DNA from: the human T2T-CHM13v2.0 reference genome, Homo sapiens
Assembly (NCBI RefSeq): GCF_009914755.1
Contig: NC_060931.1
Strand: one strand, 5' to 3'
Length of the DNA stretch: 64,000 bases
Below the pieces are notes generated by a model. It was not told where the DNA came from. It saw only the letters and a list, made by a program, of their open reading frames with translations, and did not search any database. This document shows positions 1-13,765 of this stretch, one piece after another. A program made the translations under genes and the position numbers. How positions within the stretch are numbered: the stretch's first letter is position 1; every line of letters begins with the position of its first letter.

Positions 1-128
1 ATGGGTATGTGATCACCTGAGGCTGGTGACCACGATACCTCAAAGGCAAGACTTGGGTGCCCCCGTCCAGCCAGCATCTGGGAACTTGAGCCTGAGCCCC
101 ACCAACGGTCTTCTCTTTGTCTCTCCAG

Positions 129-292
129 GCCTGGTCCAGATCCCTGTGAGCATGTACCAGACTGTGGTGACCAGCCTCGCCCAGGGCAACGGACCAGTGC
201 AGGTGGCCATGGCCCCTGTGACCACCAGGATATCAGACAGCGCAGTCACCATGGACGGCCAAGCTGTGGAGGTGGTGACATTGGAACAGTGA
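129..292 (+). CDS. NRF1: Nuclear respiratory factor 1, last coding exon (C-terminus)
   Basis: Acceptor ttctctttgtctctccag at 111-128, then (G)LVQIPVSMYQTVVTSLAQGNGPVQVAMAPVTTRISDSAVTMDGQAVEVVTLEQ-TGA (stop 290-292), the known NRF1 C-terminus. The Gly codon is split (phase 1). Confidence 0.97.
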
Positions 293-557
293 CATACAGC
301 CATATTATGGCATCGTTTTCTAGTCTACTTCAAAATTTTTTACACGTTTGCAGAGGTGCAATCAAATGGAATTAAGTCTCTCGACTTTGGAAGGAAAGTT
401 TTGTTAACCTTTTTTTTTTTAAAAGGAAGAAAGCGGATTTTGGAATTGCATTTTTTAAAGCACCACTCTTGATTTTCTGGGATTGGTGAAGAAACTGCAT
501 TGTCAATTTCACTGTCCCAAAAAAGCCAAATTGTGGCAGGACTTCTTTCTGCGGAAA

Positions 558-673
558 TGTGTGTGTATACTTATGTGTGTGTATGTGTGAGTGTGAATAT
601 ATGTATATGTGTACATATGGACATACACATTTACATATATATAAAGTATATATATACATATATATATATATGT
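558..673 (+). repeat. (TG)n/(TA)n low-complexity microsatellite in the NRF1 3' UTR
   Basis: gtgtgtgtatacttatgtgtgtgtatgtgtg...tatatatatatatgtat. Confidence 0.85.
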
Positions 674-1093
674 ATGAAACCCGCATGGAATTATCTGTAT
701 GAAATCAAGGTGCGCTGTGGAAACAATAATTCACCCAGTTTAGTGGGTGGTAGGGTACGTGGCCAGACACAGTCACCCAGTTTTTGTTCATACCAGGGTC
801 ATGCGTTGAGCTACTGACAAACTCAGGCGGAGGTGACCATGCCCTTCACCAAAGCTGCCTCCCAGTGGCCACACAGAACTCTCCCTGCTGGACTCACCTG
901 AGGAAAGAGGCTCCAGCATGGGGTGGGTCAGAGATGTGCTTGCAAGGTCCAGGGACTGCGTGGTCTGCCAGCTGAGATGCTCCTCGGGCTGGCCCAGGTG
1001 CTGACCTTGCCACAGGCAGATGAATGTCTTGAAAGCTCCCGGGCCTCAGCCTCCCATCTCCTCTCCTTCCCAGGAATCCTTGATCTCATGACT

Positions 1094-1099
1094 ATTAAA
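1094..1099 (+). terminator. Possible proximal poly(A) signal (ATTAAA)
   Basis: ATTAAA followed by U/GU-rich tgttgctctggtttt. Confidence 0.4.
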
Positions 1100-1372
1100 A
1101 TGTTGCTCTGGTTTTAAGGTCAGTCCTGAATTGCTCGTATATATGAACTGAAGGTAACCGAAGTATTAGGGGTTTGAGGAGTGCGTGCGTGTAAGTGTGC
1201 TTGTGTGTGTGCGTGCATGGTGGGGGAGAGGATGGGAAGGGGGCGGGGGCAGTGGAAGGGAAAGGAAGGAAAGAAAAATCGTCCTAGACCAGGATACACC
1301 CGTGGGAGCAATTTTCTCTACTGTCTGTAGCTTCACAGAGGAGGCGCTGGAATGAACAAGAAGAGACATCTG

Positions 1373-1460
1373 GTCTGTGGCCACAGCACCCTGAACGCCC
1401 CTGATCTTGTGTGATCTTGGAAGCTAAGCTTGGTTGGGCCCGGTCAGTACGCGGAAGGGA
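1373..1460 (+). pseudogene. 5S rRNA pseudogene (RNA5SP family) within the NRF1 3' UTR
   Basis: GTCTGTGGCCACAGCACCCTGAACGCCCCTGATCTTGTGTGATCTTGGAAGCTAAGCTTGGTTGGGCCCGGTCAGTACGCGGAAGGGA aligns without gaps to human 5S rRNA nt 1-88 with ~17 mismatches (~81%, hand alignment). The 3' part is decayed. Confidence 0.9.
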
Positions 1461-2159
1461 AGAAGGGACACCTGGCCATAGAAAACAGCTGAGGGTGTTT
1501 GCTGTGTTCCTGGATCAGGCCCTGCTTCAGAAGGGACTCCTGGAGGCCCATGTTCCTTGATGCAACCTCGTGGCCCAGGCCGGGAGCAGCTTGCCTCCTC
1601 AGAGGTGTTGACTATCTGGGTGTTCTTGGTAACCGTTAACTCTGTCTTTCTCAGCTGCAAGCCCTGAGTCTCCAGTAGCTGAATTCACCTGACTTTTCAA
1701 CAGGCCAAATCTCTGAACCTTGAGTACAGGGACAGCTCCTCCTCCCTCCTCCCAGCTCTCCCCATGTGTGTGATGGTGTATTTAATGTGTTTTTTTAATG
1801 CGACATTAAAAGATTCTCCACGTCTTGCTCAACCTTTGAGAGAAGTTTCAGATTCTTGTATTTGCTTGTTTTATATAAAACTATCTAATGTTCTTTATAT
1901 GTTCTTTTCTGTACGTAATGGGGGGAGGGGAGGGAAATTTACATATAAATAGTCCTAGTTCTACAATTTGTTATTTTTTTAATTATTATTTTTTATCGTC
2001 ATTGTGAAGTTGTCCAGGGACTTTAAAGTCCATGTTCCTTTGTGGTGAAATAACCTCCAAATAGTTTGAGAAGTTGCCAAGACGAAGAAAAAAGCAAAAC
2101 CCCAGTAGCAGAGCATGGATTCTGTGTTGTTTCCCATTCTGTCTTTGACTGCCTCATTC

Positions 2160-2165
2160 AATAAA
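2160..2165 (+). terminator. NRF1: NRF1 distal poly(A) signal AATAAA
   Basis: cattcAATAAAtagttaaaaatgtggc at the end of the AU-rich UTR. Confidence 0.8.
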
Positions 2166-2469
2166 TAGTTAAAAATGTGGCAACAGGAAGTGGAATTGTT
2201 CATCTCTATAGGAGCTCTTGGCTTCTTAGGCAAAAGGAACTCTATCTTGGGGCAGCTCGTTCTGCGTTTAAAATGCAGTCCTACTCGAGATCAGCGGTCT
2301 CCGACCTGTGCCACTCCGACGCTGGGGACCTCCGTAAAGAAGACACTGAAGATTGCCCAGAGCCCCCTGCGAGCCCCATCACCAGACCTGCTCCATTTCA
2401 TACATTTCATATATAACGTGTTTTCTTATACTGACGTTCTGGGGAAAAAATCGTATTTAAAAAATCCTA

Positions 2470-2880
<411 letters not shown>

Positions 2881-4884
2881 TCACTCCCTGGTTTCTCACA
2901 CAGCTTACTCTCTTAACATGGCATATGCCATCGCTCCAGCTGTTACTCCTGCCCCATCCTTAGGCCCTTCATAGACCCCAGTAGCCTGCACCTCCATGCT
3001 TCTGCATGCCCTGGCCTCAGCCTGGAATGACCTGCTGTCACCCCCACCACCCTTTCTTTATATTGTTGGGTGTCTTGGCCACTTTCCTGGTGACCATGAT
3101 TAGAATGCTTGCTTGGATGGGAAGGCCAAGAAGCCTTTTCCTTGATGCCTGATGGTGGTTCAGTGAAGCCAAGTGCCTACCTTTCCCCCTTCTTGCACAA
3201 ATGGCATACCCTCGCCTATTTTTCACCAGAGACTGGACTAGAAAAAGGATTGAGTGCAGCCAAATCAACCACACATCCGTGCTATTGACTACCATGAAAT
3301 AGCTGGGTTGTTTAGAATACCTGCTGACCAAGGGTCTCTCCAGAGGCGTCTTCTAGCTGCTGTTTGCCTGGCAAGCCTCAGATGCTGCCTTTGCCACAGG
3401 CATGTATTGACAACTGGTTTTGGTGGGGCCGATGGAGACCTCTTCCATTCCTGCCTAAGTCACCAACAGGAGCTGCTAACTCCGCTGTCTATAGAGACCA
3501 GGGAGGTCAAATCAATGAAGGAAGCTGAGGCAATTCCCATGTGAGAGGAGGGAGTGATGGGGACAGGCACAGTGGACAGCATCCATCTAAACGGGGCAGC
3601 CTGTCCTAGGTGCTGATTGTCACCATGCAGGAAGATGGACCCTAATGCCCCAACTTCAAAATTGTCCAGAGAATCTGGGGAATCCAGATTTTTGTACGAG
3701 ATGTGATCGCAACAAATAAAAAATTTACATACTCTGCAAGCAAAATAAAACCCATCTGTAGACCAGACCTGACCTGACGGTCAGTTGCACTTAACTACGT
3801 GAATGCTTGTCATGTGCCAGGTGAATGAAGCATGGTAGTTGCCTGTGAGAAACAAGGAGTGAGGAGGAGACCTTTACATAAACCAACCGCTGCAGTCCAA
3901 GGTGATGAGGCACCATCTGGACAGAGCACTAGTGCAGAATGAGCTGTTTACCGCATTTGAGCCCTCAAAGGTCCTCTGTTACGTAGTTTATCATCTAGGC
4001 TCCACACAAGGATCTGGTGCTCACAGAAACCAGGAGACTGGTCTAAAAGTTACTGGCTTTAAGTCTTGCATCTGAGAAGGCCCACTGGTGATACAGGTGA
4101 CTACTGGCATTCTCCAAACTTGAACAAATTAGCTGAGGAGAACCAGAAGGGCAGAGCAGAGGAGGGGTTCCTTGCCCTGGGCCTCACTCACGCCCAAGGA
4201 ACGCTCTCTCCCCCTCTCAGTAATGCCTCCGAAGCTTGAGCTCTGGGCATGGCAGAGTCGTACCGGGCTCCTGGTGTTTCCTTTTGGTGTCAGCACCAAA
4301 ACTCATCAGGGAGGAAACTGGAGCTTAATTATTTGGAGCAGAAGCTACGTGGGGTGAGGGAGTAGAGTCCGTGTTTTCCCTCTCACTCCACCTCAGCAGG
4401 CTGGTGGCACCTTGGTCATCACAACTGGGGCTTCAGATGCCCCATCCCTGCACTCCCACCCGGCCTCTGCTGTTTACTCCAGGAGGCAGCTCTTGGAGGT
4501 CACCCAGGATGCTGGCGGCAGCATGGAGGAAGGGGTACAATAGAGAGGGGAGGCAGGGCTCCGGGACTGGGCTCCGACTGAAATCACTGAAGAGCGTGGG
4601 TTTCCTCTTAGTCCCCAAGCCCCTCTGAATATGAGTTTCTCCATCCTGAAAACCACTGGGCTGCTACCAAACATTTGTTGAGTATTGGAGGCCTGGAATA
4701 TATAGTGAGGAAAGGAGGAAGAAGGGATAACAGTCATCTGCAGAGGGGAACCAAGGTGCCCTGAGAACCTAGAGCCTCCTTAGGAGGCAGGAATAGGCCT
4801 GGGTCCTGAGCCCTCTCCAGGGCTCAAGCTTTGCTAGCTTGCTTACGAGAACTATGGTTTGTCTACACAGAGTGTATGGTAGCA

Positions 4885-5411
<527 letters not shown>

Positions 5412-5477
5412 CCGATGATACACTTTTCTTGTGGCCTGGAATGGATGAAAGTGGAGGGTATAAGAGCATTCAGTTGG

Positions 5478-5779
<302 letters not shown>

Positions 5780-5926
5780 TCAGTTATTTTTTAAGTAGCT
5801 TAATTAATTTTTGGGAGGTTCTCCCCAAATTTTATGTACTTGGCAAATAAAATTTTTAGTGAAATTTAAGTTTACTGGGTCTCAACTGAAACTTCTGAAT
5901 TTATCTACCCTTTAAGAAGCTTAATA

Positions 5927-6178
5927 CACTTTAGGAGGCCAAGGCAGGTGTATTGCTTGAACCCAGAAGTTTGAGATCAGCCTGGGCAACATGGTGAAAC
6001 CCCATCTCTACAAAAAATATAAAAATCAGCCTGGTGTGGTGGTCCATGCCTATAGTCCCAGCTACTCAGGAGGCTGAGGTGGGAGGTTCGCTGGGGCCCA
6101 AGAGGTTGAGACTGCCATGATCATGCCACTGCACTCCAGCCTGGGTGACAGGGCAAGACTCTATCCAAAAAATAATAA
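5927..6178 (+). mobile_element. AluJ, 5' truncated
   Basis: Diverged Alu dimer. Confidence 0.85.
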
Positions 6179-6654
6179 GTTACAGCTATCAATTACTAAA
6201 TGGCTACTAGCATTTTACTGTGTAAAACACCTTACACCCTTATTTCTAATCCTCTTCACAATCCGGTAAGAAGAGACTCCATTTTATGGGGGTGGAAACT
6301 GAGACTTGGCATCTTCCCCAAGAACTAAAAACTGGAGGGCTGAAATAAGGCCTGATGTGTCTGTCTGTTACAGCTCTGCTCTCTATGCCAACCATTCAGA
6401 GGACAAAACTGCACATCAGGATTATAAAGTAACCTCCACTGTGTCCTGAGCTTGATAGACCTGGAATAGCCTCCCGTGGCTGGACCTTTTTACCGCTCCC
6501 CACCCCCCCCCCACACACGCGTGCCCTTACATGCAGCAGGGCCTCAATACATCTCATAGGATGAGTGAACCTAGTTTTCCAGTGGTAGTTTAATCAGAAA
6601 ATTCAGAGAACCCAAAACACCTATTCCCACACATTTTCATTACTCAAAAAAGTC

Positions 6655-6772
6655 TGGCCAGCATGGTGGCTCACACCTGTTATCCCACGACTTTGGGAGA
6701 CCAGGACAGGAGGATAGCTTTAGGGCCAGGAGTTCGAGACCAGCCTGGGTGACAGAGCAACACCAGTCTCTA

Positions 6773-6838
<66 letters not shown>
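6655..6838 (+). mobile_element. Alu monomer (FLAM-like) with long A tail and (TA)n
   Basis: Single arm, then an A run of ~30 and (AT)n. Confidence 0.85.
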
Positions 6839-6840
<2 letters not shown>

Positions 6841-7383
6841 CTGCAAAAATCCAATGTTAAATAATTTTATGTAAAAATAACATTGATTGTATTCTTAAGA
6901 AAAATCTGGCTATGTGATATCCTGGCAGGGGTGACGGATAGTGAAATGTTGATGCTGAACACATTCTTGGTCACTAACAGTTGCACTGTGTTGGTCTTTA
7001 AAAACCTCAGGGCCCAATGAGACTAGGAGAACTCAAAAACCCCTGGGTGATCAGGAAACGAAGCCAAAGCTTGGCCCTCTCATAGTGGACTTTAATCTGC
7101 GAGGGAAGTTAGCCACCACTCCTCATTTGGGCTATGAAAGTTGAAGCCCCGGGTCACATGGCTGGCTCATCCCCCAAATCACTCTGCTCCCTTTCCTACT
7201 CAGCTCCTCCTGCCCGGGTTACCATCCAGATTCTCAAAATCTGAAATTTTTAATTTAGAAGTTAGGTATTTCCTTTACCAGAGCTATTTTTATAGAAAGC
7301 AAGAGCAACGTTTACACCAAATAAATTAATGTGTAATTCTGGAATTTACCAAAATGGTTGCAGAAAACAACCATGAAGATAGA

Positions 7384-7414
<31 letters not shown>

Positions 7415-7559
7415 CAGTAATGTTTTTTAAGTTAGCCGAAGTTCGGGGTAACTCATCACATAATAGGATTCTCTAACCTGGGCCTCTGGGTACTCATCTG
7501 TCCAAAACAGCGGTCAAACGACAAGGACGATGAAGACTTCGTGGGCCCTGCTGAGGTCC

Positions 7560-8085
7560 TTGGGAGCAGGGCATTCGCGCGGGGCTGTGGGGCACGGCCG
7601 AGCTGAGGGTCCCTGGCCCAGGGGCCTCCCGTCCATGCCGACGCCCACTCCTCCCGTAGGACCCAGCCAGTGCGGGCCCTGTCTTCTAGCCCAGCCTGAA
7701 CGCCACGATGCAGGGAAGCGCCTGAGGCCTGCCGGGGCTCAACACCTGCCCGACTGTGAGCGCGGAAGCCCGCAGATGGCCTGGGCGAAGGCGGCCCGGG
7801 TGCGGGAGACGCGACGCGGGGTCACTCAGAGCCCGAGCGCATCCCGAACCCAGAGCCGCCGTCGGGGGCGCACCCGATTGGCCGGCTGAGACCACGTGTC
7901 CACCTGCGGCCCAATCAGCGATGGCAGGACATCCGGAAGGCCTGGTCCAGACCGCAGGGTATGGGCCGCTCTCGGGGAAGCGAGCTGGGAAAAGCAACCC
8001 CCGAGTGCCAGTGGCCGCCTTTATGTGCCAGGGTGCTGCAGCCGGGGAATGATGGCGCGGGCATCCCCGGCTTCCCCACGGGCCA
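7560..8085. promoter_or_regulatory. Small orphan CpG island with promoter-like core
   Basis: CpG-dense; ATTGG 7877-7881, CACGTG 7893-7898, CACCTG 7901-7906, CCAAT 7911-7915. Confidence 0.6.
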
Positions 8086-8187
8086 TACTGCCTATCTGGG
8101 TCTGTGGAGGCCTGCCTTAGTAAATTAGGGGTCATTTGGGTAGCTGTGTGCCGTCTCCGCCTCCCACCATCCCCAGTAGCCTCAAGA

Positions 8188-8335
8188 ATTTTTTCAAATC
8201 GTTTTATTGAGATAATTTATATACCATTAAGTTCATCCGTTTAAAGCGTACCATTGAACGATCTTTAGTATATTTACAAAGTTGGGCAACCATCACCATA
8301 ATCTAACTTTGAAATATTTTCATGATCCCAAAAAG
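8188..8335 (-). mobile_element. L1M (L1MB-like) 3' end fragment
   Basis: ttttattgagataatttatatacc...caaccatcaccataatctaactttgaaatattttcat, typical of L1MB 3' UTRs. Confidence 0.75.
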
Positions 8336-9348
8336 CAGGGGTTTTTTACACATTTCCCTACAAAATAACTTGAAGTAAGTTACATAAAAGATATATACAA
8401 TAAAGTTGAAAAGCAAATAGAAATGAGGATTCAAAGACCAACGGAAGCAGGTCACATTTGTCAGCCTGGGGTCAACGTCGGCGGTGTGATGAAGGTGCCC
8501 TTTTAGCTCTGGTCTTGGCTAAGAGGTTGGAATTACTAGAAAGGGAACAAGACACAGTTACTCGAAGAAACAAAGCACTAAGTACTTTTTTTTTTAAGTT
8601 TAAGAGAACGCCAAGTTATTTTATATTCAGCATCTTTCACAACATTTTTATAGCCAAAGAAATAGCTTTATTTCCTTAGACCTTAAAACCTCAATTTTGA
8701 AAGTTTCCTGGGAGGGGCCAAACTAATGTGGCATTTCAGTGTTTATTTACAGAGCATTAAGGAAAGGATGGAGGGGAGACGGGTATGGTGAACTGGCCAT
8801 CTGAAATGGCTGCTTGAGCAAGAAATGGCGTGTGACTTTTTCCATTTCCTGGGATGGGTGATCAGAGCCACAACTGTGGACACAGAGTTCTCCCCATATT
8901 GGAACCCCACATTCTCAAGAGAACCGCCAACCACGGGAGCACAAGGATACAACGGGCTCAGCTGCCCCTGGCCACCACCCCAGTGGTCCCGCCATGGGCC
9001 ATCTAAGATCTGCAAAGATGGGTGGAGCTATTAGAGTCGCAGGTCTGGGGGAAAGTGCTTAAGGATTTCTGCCTTCCCTTTCCCATCCTCCCTCCTTGCC
9101 CACCCCTCTATCCCCCACCCAAACCCCCACCCCCTGCTTCTGGAGGATCTGGACCATGAGCAGAGAAGGGAAGTGTCTACCAGGAAGACCACGTTCCCAA
9201 CACCGAGGTCCTGCCTCCCCTCAGGAAAAGGGCAGCACATGTACTTGAACTCAAGTTTGAGACTGAAGCTTGAAAGTGATAGGTTGAATGATGGTACATG
9301 CTTACACAGATACAGAATTCACCCAAAATGTCATTAAGGAGCTAGAAT

Positions 9349-9542
<194 letters not shown>

Positions 9543-10145
9543 CTAGAAGGGAAAGTCAACAGAACAAGGTCAAACAAGGTCAAGGCAGTGACCATAGAAA
9601 ATAAAACCATGTTGTGTCCAGATCCACCAAATCAAGAAGCCTGATGCCTTTGGTTCCATGAACAGAAGACACCTCAGACTTGTGGGTTAGTCAGTGGCAA
9701 GGAAAGGTTCCATTTCCACCCAACCCTAAGAGACACAAATCCGTTTTCATAAAAGTGTGAGCCCCACCCTGCCCCAAGGATATGGGGGATGGGCACCTCT
9801 GCCTGTGGCTCACCTCCCCTGACAAGCTCCAGTGGGTGCTGTGCTTCCTCTTCACTGGGAGGCTTGTTGAGGAAATCCAGTTCACTCCATTATTGAAAAC
9901 AACTCCATCTCCAGGAAAAGTTGAAACTGGCAGTTTTAGCATCTGATGATGGAGCCTTCTCTGCCACTTCAAGGCCTGCTGCCTCCTTTTCCAGCCGGCC
10001 TCTCACCCCAGGAAACACCAGCGAAGCCAGTGCAAGGAGAGGCCTCAATCCCTGGAAGATTGAGGTCATGCCTGGGCCAACACGTGTAGCAGAGCTTGGA
10101 GAACCCTCCCTACAGGACTTGCCCACCTCCCACTACAGGGGCTGA

Positions 10146-10485
<340 letters not shown>

Positions 10486-11350
10486 TTATATACATTTTTA
10501 AATGCCTAGATTATGGCTGGGGAATTTAGGGAGTTGTGAGAGGCCCCAACTTGGGTGAGGAACCAGCCTCGACATAAACTTAGGATTGTCATGCTGACAG
10601 GGCATCTGATCTGGTCCCCACCTGAGGTTGGCATCCCACTCCAGCACCTTTGCTTGGCCATCTCCAGAGATGGAGGGTCCAGACCCGAGGCCCTCATTGG
10701 TGCAGTCAGGAAGCTCTGTGTGATGTATAGAACATGCCTGTCTGGGGTCGGCTACTGCCCCTGCTTCTGCTCTCTTAAGTCATAGAGAACTAGAATTCTT
10801 TCAACTACTTGAAAATAACCTCACATTACCACCCAAATCTTTCATAGCTAAAATCTCCAGTTTCCATTTTTCCTGGAGATGGGTGAGTTGTTTCCAGAAA
10901 TGGAGTGAACTGGAATTTCCTGAGTGGCCCCCAACGAAAACCAAAAATCCTGGATTTTATGTTTTGAAATGTCTTCCAATGCACAGCAATATAGCGAGTA
11001 AGCCACAGAAGGGACCTGGATAGCCAGACCATCTCTGGTCTGGTCCAGCGCACACCACAGCACGGGCGCCCTCCAAACTGAGCCCAGACTGAGGGGTAAC
11101 GTCAAGGGCTTCACAACCTTCATCTCCCATGATTCTCCTCCAGGAATCTGCTGCTGTAAGTTGGCTGCAGCCTGTCCTTCCAAGCACCACACTTTGCCCC
11201 CGTATTCCTCCCCCTGGGACCTGCTCTTTCCCCCTTCTCTCTCTACTCAGGCTCAATGTAGGTGGCTCCCTCCACTCAGAGCCCATGCACCACCCCAGCC
11301 CTGGAGGCCATGCCTTTCTTCAGCCCCAGCACCTCTTCCTGTCTGTACTA

Positions 11351-11872
<522 letters not shown>

Positions 11873-13464
11873 TTAAAAAAAAAAAAAATGAATATTGGTG
11901 GACTTAATGCAGCCATCTTCTTTCTGCTGGAAAGCTGGTCTTTGTGGAAACCTCTCACATGTGGTTTTGATGGTACTTTGTGCACACTTACTCTGTGCTC
12001 CAAAAGGTGCCCAGGCTCCAGCTGCCTGACCTGGAGGAGCTGCCTTGTGGAGCCATCTGTACGCCCTAGGCCCTGACACCAGGGCAGCCCCTCCCTTTTG
12101 GAGGTCAGAGCCAGGCAGGCCTTCCTATGACCTCAGGGGGCCCATGGGCTACCCATGCACGAGGGTCCCTTCCACTGCGGGAACTGAGACTCTTGGGGGG
12201 GTGACAAGACTTTCGGAGATGCTTGAGGTCAGAGGTTACGCAGAGTGTGGAAGTCAGAATGCATCACCCAGGTCTGGAATTCCACAGCCTCCCTGCCACA
12301 TGCCAGGCCCCATACCAGGCCAAGGCCAGCCCTGGGCATGAAAGTGTGAGTGAGATACAGCCTGGACCCAAAAAGCCTCCACAGTTGATGGGTGAAGCTG
12401 ACCTACTAACCTCAACCCTCACCCCTAGCCCTGTGGTTTTAGCACTGGCAGGCTGGGAAGGTGTGTGCAGGGCATTTGAGACATGCTGCCTTACCAGCTT
12501 CGAAGGGAGGAAGAGCTGGCGGGGAGGGCAGGCCACATGAGGAAGGCGAAATAATTTCTTCCTGGCGAGCAGGAAGACAGGTGGGGGGAGCAGGAGGGTA
12601 GTTTGCATGGCAAGGCTGGGTCATACCAGGCCCCATAAACCAGGTAAGGCGCTTGGGCTTATCCCAAGGGAGAGGGTGGGGATACTGTGGTCAGATTAGC
12701 TCAGAGGACGGTCAGTGGAGCAGGGCAGGACAGAGATGGGGAGGTGGCAGTGGTGACGGCAGCTGGGACATTCCATTCCGTAGGGACCATCCCACTGATC
12801 AGTCCTGCCTTCCCACCACCCTGGTTCTAGCTCTGCCACCCCCAGCAACCATGTATCCTAGGGAAAGGCAGAAGTCTCTGCAGGGGCTAAAGGGGCACCA
12901 GGGAGCAGGTCAGGGTCCACTGGCCACAGTGCAGCCCCCTCCCCTGGCTGTGTGGCACGGGGCCTGCAGCCTCTGGGAGCAGTTGCCAGGGCCCGGGTTC
13001 CCTGCTCCACCACTCACCTTGGCTATAAACACTTCATTGTCCTGATCCTGTTTGCTCATCTGTGCGCTGCCCGTGGTTGTGAGGATTCACTGAAATCATG
13101 AAAATGTAGCACAGTCTGTGCTCAAAGATCAATAGCTTTACTGTGACTCAATCTGCCCAAAGCCCCCAATTTCTTCTTCAGCGCCCACCCTGCTGAGGCC
13201 CCATAATAATTCTGTTCCTGCCAGCATGGAGCACCAGCAGCTGTACCAGCCAAATGAAGCTATGTGGGTCGGGGGACAAAGATGATGCAAGGCTCCTCCA
13301 CGCCAGCTTGGACTATAAAACGCATTCTAATCACTGACCTTACCTCCATGCTTAGCACTTAGCAGTACTTGGGCACCGCGATTATGCTGCTGTTGATCAC
13401 TACACTAAACCGTTCAGCCCACATCTCCTGGTTTTGTTATTTACAAGCTTAAGAACAGAGAGCA

Positions 13465-13765
13465 GGCCGGGCGCAGTGGCTCATGCCTGTAATCCCAGCA
13501 CTTTGGGAGACCAAGGCGGGCAGATCACGAGGTCAGGAGATCGAGACCATCCTGGCTAACACGGTGAAACCCCCGTCTCTACTAAAAATACAAAAAATTA
13601 GCCAGGCGTGGTCGTGGGCGCCTGTAGTCCCAGCTACTCAGGAGGCTGAAGCAGGAGAATGGCGTGAACCCGGGAGGCGGGGTTTGCAGTGAGCCGAGAT
13701 GGCGCCACTGCACTCCAGCCTGGGCGACAGAGCAAGACTCAAGTCTCAAAAAAAAAAAAAAAAAA
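13465..13765 (+). mobile_element. AluY with TSD AAGAACAGAGAGCA
   Basis: AluY diagnostics; flanking direct repeat. Confidence 0.94.

Larger units (their letters stand above)
293..2185 (+). other. NRF1: NRF1 3' UTR
   Basis: Follows the stop codon; has U-rich, GU and AU tracts; ends shortly after AATAAA at 2160-2165. The cleavage site is estimated. Confidence 0.85.

Noticed and set aside
26-128. N-terminal part of ORF 26..292
   Set aside because: Lies upstream of the splice acceptor at 128, so it is intronic read-through; only 129-292 is NRF1 coding sequence.
8078-8150. GGCCATAC resembling the 5S rRNA start
   Set aside because: Similarity stops after ~8 nt; chance match.
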